Shown here in pieces: positions 54,513 to 62,525 of a stretch of 64,000 nucleotides of DNA; the first letter of the stretch is position 1; every line of letters begins with the position of its first letter. The DNA lies in the NCBI GenBank assembly GCA_026225295.1, contig JAMFSN010000116.1, positions 32,938 through 96,937 of the forward strand. The letters run 5' to 3'. The translations under genes were made by a program, and so were the position numbers. The DNA is from Frankia alni (GTDB lineage: Bacteria > Actinomycetota > Actinomycetes > Frankiales > Frankiaceae). A model generated the notes under the pieces. It saw only the letters and a list, made by a program, of their open reading frames with translations, was not told the origin of the DNA and did no database searches.

Positions 54513-55490
54513 ATGCGGCGGGTGTCCACCCCGTCCCTCGCGCTGTCGGTGCTCGACGACCTGGCCCGGGACGCGTTGGACCCCGCCTACACCGCCGCCG
54601 CCGCGCGCCGGGCGGCCCTGACCGACCCGGGCACCGTCGACCCGGATGCCACTGAGCCGGATGCCACTGAGCCGGATGCCACTGAGCCGGATGCCACTGA
54701 GCCGGATGCCGTCGAGCCGGATGCCACTGAGCCGGGCGGTCGCCGGCGGGCCTGGGCGGTCTGGCTGGTACTGGGCGTTCTGGGGGTCGCGATGGCGTTC
54801 GCCGTCCACCGCCAGAGCGTGCAGGCCCCCGCGGTGGAACGGGCCCGGACCGCGCTGATCGCCGATGTCCGGTCCCGGACGGCCGCCGACCGGGCGCTGG
54901 CCGCCCGCATCGACGGGCTGCGGGCCGAAACGGCGCGACAGCGGGCGGTGGCGCTGGGCCGCTCCCGCTCGGGGGCCGCCCTCAATGCGCGGATCGCCGG
55001 CCTCGAGACCGCCGCGGGCGACACCGCGGTGCACGGGGCCGGGGTGACGCTGCGGTTGGCCGACGCCCCGGCCGATCCGCCGGCCGGCGCGGGTCCGGCC
55101 GGCGCCGGCAGCGCGCCGGCCGACATCCTCGCCCCGGTGGCCGGTCGCATCCTCGACCGGGATGTCGCCGACGCCGCCAACGCGCTGTGGGCGGCCGGGG
55201 CCCGGGCCGTCTCGGTCGGGGGGGTCCGGCTCACCGCGACCACCGCCATCCGGACCGCCGGCGACACGATTCTGGTTGGCTTCACCCCGTTGCAGTCCCC
55301 GTACGATCTGGTGGCCGTGGGCGACCCCGGCCGGTTGGCGGCCGGTGTCACCGGCTCGGCCGCCGGTCGGCGGCTCGCCGGCTACCACACCACCTTCGGT
55401 ATCGGCTTCAGCGTCGCCCGCGGCCCGGCCCTCACGGTGCCGGCGGCGACGGTGACCATGCCCCGACTGGCCCGGGAGTCCGCACGGTGA
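54513..55490 (+). CDS. DUF881 domain-containing protein (Rv1823-like)
   Basis: TM, coiled region, then GAGVTLRLADA...DVADAANALWAAGARAVSVGGVRLTATTAIRTAGDTILV, typical of DUF881. Confidence 0.85.
   Translation: MRRVSTPSLALSVLDDLARDALDPAYTAAAARRAALTDPGTVDPDATEPDATEPDATEPDATEPDAVEPDATEPGGRRRAWAVWLVLGVLGVAMAFAVHRQSVQAPAVERARTALIADVRSRTAADRALAARIDGLRAETARQRAVALGRSRSGAALNARIAGLETAAGDTAVHGAGVTLRLADAPADPPAGAGPAGAGSAPADILAPVAGRILDRDVADAANALWAAGARAVSVGGVRLTATTAIRTAGDTILVGFTPLQSPYDLVAVGDPGRLAAGVTGSAAGRRLAGYHTTFGIGFSVARGPALTVPAATVTMPRLARESAR
54642..54731 (+). repeat. 15-bp tandem repeat x6 inside the DUF881 gene (encodes PDATE x6)
   Basis: ccggatgccactgag repeated six times, with the fifth copy variant ccggatgccgtcgag. 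In frame, so repeat number can vary without disrupting the ORF. Confidence 0.95.
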
Positions 55491-55497
55491 TCGTTTC

Positions 55498-55830
55498 ATG
55501 ATCGGAGCCCTGGCGCTGGCTGTGGGCCTGGCGGTGGGTGTCGTACTGAACCCGACCGCTCCCTCCTGGCTCGACCCGTACCTGCCGATCGCGGTGGTCG
55601 CCGCGCTCGACGCGGTGTTCGGCGGCCTGCGGGCGGCGCTCGAGAAGGTCTTCGACGACAAGGTGTTCGTCGTCTCCTTCATCTCCAACGTCCTGGTCGC
55701 CGCGCTGGTGGTGTTCATCGGCGACAAGCTCGGGGTGGGCGGCCAGCTGTCCACGGCGGTCGTCGTGGTGTTCGGTATCCGGATCTTCGCCAACGCCGCG
55801 GCCATCCGCCGCCAGGTGTTCAAGGCGTGA
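55498..55830 (+). CDS. small basic family membrane protein (DUF1290, Rv1824-like)
   Basis: 110 aa. PYLPIAVVAALDAVFGGLRA and VFGIRIFANAAAIRR are characteristic. Confidence 0.85.
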   Translation: MIGALALAVGLAVGVVLNPTAPSWLDPYLPIAVVAALDAVFGGLRAALEKVFDDKVFVVSFISNVLVAALVVFIGDKLGVGGQLSTAVVVVFGIRIFANAAAIRRQVFKA

Positions 55831-56510
55831 GAGCGGTCCGCCGGCCGGAGCTGGGGAGCCTGCGGCGGCCCGGCCGCGCGCGGGTCGCGGTGTGGGTGCT
55901 GCTGGCGGTGCTGGGCTTCGGAATCACGGTGAGCGTGCGCGCCCACAGCGGCGCGGCCGGGCTGAGCAACGCCCGCCCGGACGATCTGGTCGGCATCCTC
56001 GACGATCTCGACGCGAAGGGGCGCCGGCTGCAGAGCGAGGCCGACAGCCTCCAGGAGACCCGCGACCGTCTGAACGGGTCGGACAGCGGCGCCGAAGCCT
56101 TGGCCGAGGCGCGGAGCAGGGCCGAGGGTCTGGCGATCCTCGCGGGCACGGTGGGCGCCCAGGGACCCGGCATCGAGGTCACGATCGACGACTCCGGCGG
56201 GCGGGTCGGGGCGGACGTCCTGGTTGATGCGATCCAGGAGCTGCGGGACGCTGGCGCCGAGGCCCTGCAGGTGGGTGCCGTCCGGGTGGTCGCCTCGACC
56301 GCGGTGGTCGACCCGACCGGCGGCGGCATCGCCGTGGACGGGCACCACCTCGGCCCGCCGTACCGCATTCTGGCGATCGGGGACGCCCACACTCTGGCCC
56401 AGGCGATGCAGATCCCCGGCGGCGTACTGGATACGGTGGCGTCTCGCGACGGTGCCGTCGCGAGCGTGGCCACGCCCGCCCTGGTCCGGATCACGGCCGT
56501 CCGTCCTTGA
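55827..56510 (+). CDS. DUF881 domain-containing protein (Rv1825-like)
   Basis: GPGIEVTIDDSGG...DVLVDAIQELRDAGAEALQVGAVRVVASTAVV. GTG start overlaps the previous stop (GTGA). Confidence 0.85.
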   Translation: MRAVRRPELGSLRRPGRARVAVWVLLAVLGFGITVSVRAHSGAAGLSNARPDDLVGILDDLDAKGRRLQSEADSLQETRDRLNGSDSGAEALAEARSRAEGLAILAGTVGAQGPGIEVTIDDSGGRVGADVLVDAIQELRDAGAEALQVGAVRVVASTAVVDPTGGGIAVDGHHLGPPYRILAIGDAHTLAQAMQIPGGVLDTVASRDGAVASVATPALVRITAVRP

Positions 56511-56549
56511 CCAACGATGACCTGACTAACTACGTGGAGGTGATCCGCG

Positions 56550-56927
56550 GTGTACCCCGAGGATCTGAAATACACCGCGGATCACGAGTGGATCCGCGCC
56601 GGCGACACGGTCCGGGTGGGCATCACCGCCTACGCCCAGGAGGCGCTCGGCGACATCGTGTTCGTGTCGCTGCCCGAGGTCGGGTCGCGGGTCGGGGTCG
56701 GCGACGCCTTCGGCGAGGTCGAGTCGACCAAGAGCGTCTCGGATGTCTACGCGCCGGTCACCGGCGAGGTCGTCACCCGCAACGACGCCCTGTCGGTCAC
56801 CCCCGAGCTGCTCAACTCCGACCCGTACGGCGACGGCTGGCTGGTGGAGATCCGGCCCGAGGACCCCGCCGCCTACGGGGCGCTCCTGGACTCCGCGGCC
56901 TACGCCGCGCTCGTGGAGAGCAGCTGA
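56550..56927 (+). CDS. gcvH: glycine cleavage system protein H
   Basis: YTADHEWI, GITAYAQEALGDIVFV, and the lipoyl-lysine motif VESTKSVSDVYAPV. Confidence 0.95.
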   Translation: MYPEDLKYTADHEWIRAGDTVRVGITAYAQEALGDIVFVSLPEVGSRVGVGDAFGEVESTKSVSDVYAPVTGEVVTRNDALSVTPELLNSDPYGDGWLVEIRPEDPAAYGALLDSAAYAALVESS

Positions 56928-56940
56928 TCCGACCGGCGAC

Positions 56941-56972
56941 CCACCGCGTCGATCAAGATCGACGCGGCGTGG
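56941..56972 (+). terminator. hairpin directly after gcvH
   Basis: ccaccgcgtcgatc aa gatcgacgcggcgtgg. Core ccgcgtcgatc/gatcgacgcgg is perfectly complementary. Confidence 0.5.
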
Positions 56973-57043
56973 CCTCGTTCACCGCCCGGCCCGCGATGCA
57001 CTAGCCTCACTGTGCACGAAGGGATGGCCGAAACAAGCCTGCG

Positions 57044-57075
57044 GGCCCTGAGCAGCCGGGGCCCTGAGCAGCCGG
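57044..57075. repeat. perfect 16-bp tandem duplication in the gcvH-FHA intergenic region
   Basis: ggccctgagcagccgg x2 (57044-57059, 57060-57075), followed by the hairpin ggcgcggc...gccgcgcc. Confidence 0.9.
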
Positions 57076-57109
57076 GCGCGGCGCCAGCCGCGCCGGCGGG
57101 AAGTAGCGC

Positions 57110-57694
57110 GTGACTGTGTTCTGCACGAGGTGCGGCCAGAACAACCCGTCGGACGCGCTGTACTGCGCGCGGTGCGGGTCGCCCCTGGTCCGGCCGGGGG
57201 AGCCGATCGCGCCGGAGCACCCCACCGACACGTCCACCCAGACGTCGACGTTGAACCTCAACGCGCTGTCGGGCATCGAGGGCGATCACGTCGACGAGTC
57301 GACGGAACGGGAGGCGGCGGCAGCCGTCGACGCGCTGCCCCCCGGGTCGGCACTGCTGGTCGTCAAGCGCGGCCCGAATGCGGGCAGCCGGTTCCTGCTC
57401 GACGCGGAGCTGACCACCGCCGGTCGGCATCCCGAAAGCGACATTTTTCTGGACGACGTGACGGTCTCGCGGCGGCACGCCGAGTTCCACCGGTCGGCCT
57501 ATGCCCAGGGATTCACCGTGCGCGACGTCGGCAGCCTCAATGGGACCTACCTGAACCGGGAGCGGATCGACTCGGCCGAGCTTTCCAGCGGTGACGAGGT
57601 CCAGGTCGGCAAGTTCCGGCTGGTCTTCCTGACCGGGCCGTACGCGAGTCTGGCGCCCGGCCAGGACGCCGGACCGGGGCGGGCGCCCCGGTGA
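57110..57694 (+). CDS. FHA domain protein, GarA/OdhI-like, with N-terminal zinc-ribbon
   Basis: CTRCGQNNPSDALYCARCG (C4 ribbon), Thr-rich TDTSTQTST linker, then FHA domain VKRGPNAGSRFLLD...GRHPESDIFLDDVTVSRRHAEF...DVGSLNGTYLN. Position equivalent to Rv1827. Confidence 0.9.
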   Translation: MTVFCTRCGQNNPSDALYCARCGSPLVRPGEPIAPEHPTDTSTQTSTLNLNALSGIEGDHVDESTEREAAAAVDALPPGSALLVVKRGPNAGSRFLLDAELTTAGRHPESDIFLDDVTVSRRHAEFHRSAYAQGFTVRDVGSLNGTYLNRERIDSAELSSGDEVQVGKFRLVFLTGPYASLAPGQDAGPGRAPR

Positions 57695-58467
57695 CCACGG
57701 TGGACGCGGCCGCCCGCCGGCCGGTCGACGACCCGGACGCGGCGGCGGTCGCCGTCCCGGGACGGGTCATCACGATCGGCGAGGTGCTCGACCGGCTGCG
57801 GTCGGATTTTCCCGACGTCACCTTGTCGAAGATCCGATACCTGGAGGCCGAAGGTCTCGTCGAGCCGGCCCGGACGAGTTCCAACTACCGGAAGTACTCG
57901 GCCGCCGACGTCGAGCGCCTGCGGTACGTCCTGGCCGCCCAGCGCGACCGGTACCTGCCGCTGCGGGTCATCAAGGAAGAGCTCGCGGCGCTCGACCGGG
58001 GCCGAGACCCGGCGGCGCCGGGGCCGCGGTCGGTCGGCGCCGGGGGCCGGACGGCCCGCGACGGCGCCCGTGACCTGTTGGGCGACCCGGAAGGGGTCCG
58101 GTTGTCCCGCCGCGAGCTGTTGACCTCCTCCGGGCTCGACGAGGACGGCCTGGGTGAGCTCGAGCGCCACGGCCTGCTCGGCCCGCGCCCGGGCGGCACG
58201 TACTACGACGGGGACGCGCTGCTGGTGGCGGCGACCGCGGCCCGGATGGCCCGGTACGGAGTGGAGGCGCGCCATCTGCGGACGTTCCGGGCCGCCGCCG
58301 ACCGGGAGGCCGGTCTGGTCGAACAGGTCGCCGCGCCCCTGCGGGGCCGCCGGGACGCCGGGGCCAGCCAGAATGCGGCCGAAGTCACCGATGAGCTGGC
58401 GGGATTGTGCCTGCGATTGCACGCGGCGTTGCTACGCACCCGGTTGCGGTCCGCCCAGCCGGGGTAA
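57691..58467 (+). CDS. MerR family regulator (Rv1828 / FtsR-like)
   Basis: ITIGEVLDRLRSDFPDVTLSKIRYLEAEGLVEPARTSSNYRKYSAADVERLRYVLAAQRDRYLPLRVIK. GTG overlaps the FHA gene stop. Confidence 0.85.
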   Translation: MTTVDAAARRPVDDPDAAAVAVPGRVITIGEVLDRLRSDFPDVTLSKIRYLEAEGLVEPARTSSNYRKYSAADVERLRYVLAAQRDRYLPLRVIKEELAALDRGRDPAAPGPRSVGAGGRTARDGARDLLGDPEGVRLSRRELLTSSGLDEDGLGELERHGLLGPRPGGTYYDGDALLVAATAARMARYGVEARHLRTFRAAADREAGLVEQVAAPLRGRRDAGASQNAAEVTDELAGLCLRLHAALLRTRLRSAQPG

Positions 58468-58594
58468 CCGCTCCGCTCTCTTCGTGGCCGCCGCGCAGAC
58501 GTGGGCCGGTCGCGGGGATACTGTCAGATCTGGGGGTTTTCCGTGTCGGAGACCGCCACCGCAGCAGGCCCAGTCCGCTTCGAGGAGGTAGTCG

Positions 58595-59080
58595 GTGCAT
58601 CGGCTGGACATCGTCGGCGTGCGCGTCGAGCTGCCCTCGAAGCAGCCGATCGTCCTGCTGAAGGAGGTGGGCGGGGAGCGTTACCTGCCCATCTGGATCG
58701 GCGCGGTCGAGGCAACGGCGATCGCCTTCGCTCAGGAGGGCATCACCACGGCCCGCCCGATGACCCACGACCTGATGCGCGACGTGCTGAAGGCGCTGCA
58801 GACGGATCTGTCCCGGGTGACCATCACCGACCTGCAGGACGGTGTCTTCTTCGCCACGTTGGTGTTCGGCAACGGCGTTGAGGTGTCGGCCCGCCCCTCC
58901 GACGCGATCGCGCTGGCCATGCGGATGGGCGTGCCGGTCTACGGCGAGGAAGCCGTCCTGGCCGAGGCGGGGATCACGGTGCCCGAGGAGCAGGAACAGG
59001 AACAGGAGACGGAGCTGGAGAAGTTCCGGGAATTCCTCGACACCATCTCTCCGGAGGACTTTAATACTCCCGGATCATGA
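58595..59080 (+). CDS. bifunctional nuclease family protein (DUF151, Rv1829-like)
   Basis: VGVRVELPSKQPIVLLKE..GERYLPIWIGAVEATAIAFAQEG...RPMTHDL...ARPSDAIALA. Confidence 0.85.
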   Translation: MHRLDIVGVRVELPSKQPIVLLKEVGGERYLPIWIGAVEATAIAFAQEGITTARPMTHDLMRDVLKALQTDLSRVTITDLQDGVFFATLVFGNGVEVSARPSDAIALAMRMGVPVYGEEAVLAEAGITVPEEQEQEQETELEKFREFLDTISPEDFNTPGS

Positions 59081-59153
59081 CACGCCGTCGGTGGACATTG
59101 CAGGGGCCGGCTCTGGCTCTTACCGTCAAGGGTCCCACGACGAGCGGACGGCG

Positions 59154-59693
59154 ATGATCGAGCAGGGCGAGCTGTTTCCGGACGACAGTCCGGCGCCTCC
59201 CGGTGACGACGTCGGCTATCGGGGACCCACGGCCTGCGCGGCGGCCGGCATCACCTACCGCCAACTCGACTACTGGGCCCGGACGGGACTGGTCGTGCCG
59301 AGCGTGCGGGGCGCCTCCGGATCGGGCAGCCAGCGGCTCTATTCGTTCCGCGATGTGCTGGTTCTGCGGGTCGTACGCAAACTGCTCGAGGCGGGGGTAT
59401 CCCTGCACAACATCCGGGCCGCCGTCGAGCACCTGCGCGGCCGGGGCGTCGACGAGCTCTCGGAGCTGACCTTGATCAGCGACGGCGCCACGGTGTACGA
59501 GTGCACGTCCAAGGACGAGGTGTTCGATCTGCTCCAGGGGGGCCAGGGGGTCTTCGCGATCGCCGTCGGACGGGCCCTGGCGGACATGCGCGGCCAGCTC
59601 GCCGACCTGCCGTCCGAACGGCCCGGCCACCCCACGGCCAACCATCCCAGCGATGAACTGGCCAAGCTGCGCAAGCGGCGCAGCTCGGCCTGA
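59154..59693 (+). CDS. MerR family regulator (Rv1830-like)
   Basis: GYRGPTACAAAGITYRQLDYWARTGLVVPSV...RLYSFRDVLVLRVVRKLLEAGVSLHNIR. ATG at 59154 within the longer track ORF. Confidence 0.8.
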   Translation: MIEQGELFPDDSPAPPGDDVGYRGPTACAAAGITYRQLDYWARTGLVVPSVRGASGSGSQRLYSFRDVLVLRVVRKLLEAGVSLHNIRAAVEHLRGRGVDELSELTLISDGATVYECTSKDEVFDLLQGGQGVFAIAVGRALADMRGQLADLPSERPGHPTANHPSDELAKLRKRRSSA

Positions 59694-59744
59694 GCGGCGC
59701 CCTCCCGGCCTGAGCGCCGCTCGGGGGTCCGCTACGCTGCGCGG

Positions 59745-60473
59745 GTGACGTCGGTCCAGGCCTGTCTCAACGGATCCCGCCGGCCCGACGCGCACCCGGC
59801 CCTGCCGGTTTCGGCCGCCGCGCTGGCCGCCGACGCCGCCGGCTGTCAGCACGCGGGCGCCTGGTCGGTCCATGTCCACCCGCACTCGCCGGGCGGCTGG
59901 CCGAGTCTGGCCGGGCCGGACGTGCTGGCCACGGTGACGGCGATCCGGGCCCGGTGCCCGGCCCTCCCCGTCGGGGTGACCACCCTCGCGGCGGTCGAGC
60001 CCGATCCGTCCGAACGGGTCCGCCTGGTGGCCCGGTGGGGCGGTGCCGACCGACCCGACTTCGCCTCGGTCAACTTCGACGAGCCGGGCGCCATCGAGGT
60101 GGCCCGGACGCTCATCGACCTCGGCGTGGGCATCGAGGCCGGAATCAGCGACGCGCACGACGCCCGCCGGCTCCTGGATTCCGGGTTGGCCGGGATGTGT
60201 GTCCGGGTCCTGCTCGAGCCGCCCGAGCCGGCGCCGGCCGGCGCCCTGGCGACGGCCGCCCAGGCCCGCCGGGTGCTCCTGGAGGGCGGCTGCGGCGCCC
60301 CCTTCCTGCTGCACGGGACCGACGGCACCGCCTGGCCGGTCCTGACCGAGGCCCTGCGGCTGGGCCTCGACACCCGGGTCGGACTGGAGGACACGTTGCG
60401 GGCCGCGGACGGCGGACCGGTGACCGGCAACGTCGCGTTGGTGGCCGCCGCCACCGGGCTGGCCCGACTCTGA
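59745..60473 (+). CDS. 3-keto-5-aminohexanoate cleavage enzyme family (BKACE / DUF849) protein
   Basis: VQACLNGSR...HPALPVSAAALAADAAGCQHAGAWSVHVHP and TIM-barrel-like periodicity. Moderate resemblance only. Confidence 0.7.
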   Translation: MTSVQACLNGSRRPDAHPALPVSAAALAADAAGCQHAGAWSVHVHPHSPGGWPSLAGPDVLATVTAIRARCPALPVGVTTLAAVEPDPSERVRLVARWGGADRPDFASVNFDEPGAIEVARTLIDLGVGIEAGISDAHDARRLLDSGLAGMCVRVLLEPPEPAPAGALATAAQARRVLLEGGCGAPFLLHGTDGTAWPVLTEALRLGLDTRVGLEDTLRAADGGPVTGNVALVAAATGLARL

Positions 60474-60598
60474 CCGGCAGTGGCCGGGCGGCGCCTCGGC
60501 CCCGTCCGGCGGTCGTTCCGTCCGATCCAGCGACGGCCCGCGACGCACCGGAGGACCTTTCTCATCGAGATCGCTACCCGGTGCTTTAGGGTCGACAC

Positions 60599-61684
60599 GT
60601 GACTGACAGCTCCGCCATCGTCGTTGAGGGCCTACGCAAGCACTACGGCGCCACCAAGGCCCTGGATGGAATCGATCTCCAGGTGGCGGAAGGCACGGTG
60701 CAGGGCCTGCTGGGCCCGAACGGGGCGGGTAAGACGACCGTCGTCCGCATCCTGACCACGTTGCTACGGGCCGACAGCGGCACCGCCCGGGTGCTGGGGT
60801 TCGACGTGGTCCGGGACGCGCAGAAGCTGCGCGGGGCGATCGGCGTCACCGGGCAGTACGCGGCGGTGGACGAGAAGCTGACCGGCGCCGAGAATCTGGA
60901 GATGTTCGGGCGCCTCTACCGGCTGTCCGGCCGGACCGCCCGGGCCCGGGCCGCTGAGCTGCTGGAACGGTTCGAGCTGGCCGACGCGGGCGGGCGGCTG
61001 ACCCAGACCTACTCGGGCGGCATGCGTCGGCGCCTCGACCTGGCGGCCAGCCTCATCATGCGACCGAGGGTGCTGTTCCTCGACGAACCGAGCACCGGGC
61101 TGGACCCCCGCAGCCGGGCCCAGGTCTGGCAGGTGATCGAGGATCTGGTCCGGGAGGGTACGACCGTTCTGCTCACGACCCAGTACCTGGAAGAGGCCGA
61201 TCAGCTGGCCCACAAGATCACGGTTGTCGACCTCGGCAAGGTCATCGCGGAAGGCACCGCCGATCAGCTCAAGGAGCGCGTCGGGGGAGCCCGACTGGAG
61301 GTGATCATCGCCCGTGGTGGTGACCTGTCCGCCGCCGGGGGAGTCCTGGCCCGGTTCGCGAACGGCGAGGTGAACACCGACGGCGACCGCCGCAGCATCA
61401 GCGCGCCGGTCGCCGCGGGCGCGGGTGTCCTGCCGGACCTCGTCCGCGCCCTCGACGAGGTGTCGGTCGCCCTCGACGACGTGGCGGTGCACCGCCCGAC
61501 CCTCGACGACGTGTTCCTCGCGCTGACCGGCCGACCGGCCGAGGCCGACCCGAAGCCCGACCCGGAAGCCGACCACCGCGCGGACCCGTCGGGGCCGGCT
61601 GACGGGTTGGATCCTGAGGCATCGGGATCCGGTGGACCGGGGCCGGAGACGGGCCCGGGCGAGCGTGAGTTGGTGGCCGGATGA
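60599..61684 (+). CDS. ABC transporter ATP-binding protein (DrrA-like)
   Basis: Walker A GPNGAGKTT, signature YSGGMRRRL, Walker B VLFLDEPSTGLD. C-terminal extension. Confidence 0.9.
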   Translation: MTDSSAIVVEGLRKHYGATKALDGIDLQVAEGTVQGLLGPNGAGKTTVVRILTTLLRADSGTARVLGFDVVRDAQKLRGAIGVTGQYAAVDEKLTGAENLEMFGRLYRLSGRTARARAAELLERFELADAGGRLTQTYSGGMRRRLDLAASLIMRPRVLFLDEPSTGLDPRSRAQVWQVIEDLVREGTTVLLTTQYLEEADQLAHKITVVDLGKVIAEGTADQLKERVGGARLEVIIARGGDLSAAGGVLARFANGEVNTDGDRRSISAPVAAGAGVLPDLVRALDEVSVALDDVAVHRPTLDDVFLALTGRPAEADPKPDPEADHRADPSGPADGLDPEASGSGGPGPETGPGERELVAG

Positions 61685-62490
61685 CCGCCCTCGATCTGAG
61701 CCCCGTCGCCGGCCGCGGTCGGCTGGGCTGGTCGCTGTCCGACGCCTGGGTGATGTGCCGCCGCAACCTGGTCAAGATCCCGAGGACCCCCGAGCTGCTC
61801 GTATTCTCGACCATCCAGCCGGTCATGTTCGTGCTGCTGTTCGTGTATGTCTTCGGTGGATCGATCAACACCGGGTCGATCCCGTACCGGGACTACCTGA
61901 TGCCGGGGATCTTCGTCCAGACCGTGGTGTTCGGCGCGATGACCACCGGGCTCGGGCTCGCCGAGGACCTCCAGAAGGGGCTGGTCGACCGGTTCCGGGC
62001 CCTACCGATGTCCCGGGGAGCCCTGCTGGCCGGCCGGACGCTGGCCGACCTGGTGCGCAACGTGTTCATCGTGGCGGTGATGCTGCTGGTCGGCCTCGCG
62101 GTCGGGTTCCGTTTTCACCACACCACCGTGATCGCGGCGCTGGCCGGGTTCGGGGTCCTGCTGTTCTTCGCCTATGCGTTCTCGTGGATCTCAGCGGTGG
62201 TGGGCCTGTCGGTCCGCAGCGCGGAGGCCGCCCAGTCGGGCGGATTCATCTGGGTCTTTCCGTTGACGTTCGCCAGTTCCGCGTTCGTACCGGTGGCCAA
62301 CATGCCGGGCTGGCTGCAGGTGTTCGCCCGCAATCAGCCGGTGACCCAGTGCGTCAACGCCGTACGGGCCCTGCTGATCGGCGGTCCGGTCACCTCGGCC
62401 GCCCTCCAGTCGGTGGCCTGGTCGGTCGGCATCCTGATCGTGTTCGTCCCGCTGTCGGTCCGCAGCTACCGGCGGGCCGCCGTCCGCTGA
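61681..62490 (+). CDS. ABC-2 type transporter permease (DrrB-like)
   Basis: 6 TM. Its start overlaps the ATPase gene stop (ATGA). Typical ABC-2 N-terminus RRNLVKIPRTPELLVFSTIQPVMFVLLF. Confidence 0.85.
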   Translation: MTALDLSPVAGRGRLGWSLSDAWVMCRRNLVKIPRTPELLVFSTIQPVMFVLLFVYVFGGSINTGSIPYRDYLMPGIFVQTVVFGAMTTGLGLAEDLQKGLVDRFRALPMSRGALLAGRTLADLVRNVFIVAVMLLVGLAVGFRFHHTTVIAALAGFGVLLFFAYAFSWISAVVGLSVRSAEAAQSGGFIWVFPLTFASSAFVPVANMPGWLQVFARNQPVTQCVNAVRALLIGGPVTSAALQSVAWSVGILIVFVPLSVRSYRRAAVR

Positions 62491-62525
62491 GCGACTGACC
62501 AACGGACCAACGCGCCCGGGCCGGG

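Noticed and set aside
52680-56390. 1236-aa minus-strand ORF. Similar very long antisense ORFs occur at 47184-49295, 49453-51201, 12867-14759, 11363-13285 and 38639-39976.
   Set aside because: The translations are Arg/Pro/Gly-rich low complexity with no motifs. They lie opposite well-supported genes. Long stop-free antisense frames are expected at this GC content.
56511-56549. Possible glycine riboswitch ahead of gcvH.
   Set aside because: The gap is only 39 nt and lacks the conserved glycine-aptamer cores. gcvH here follows the DUF881 gene directly.
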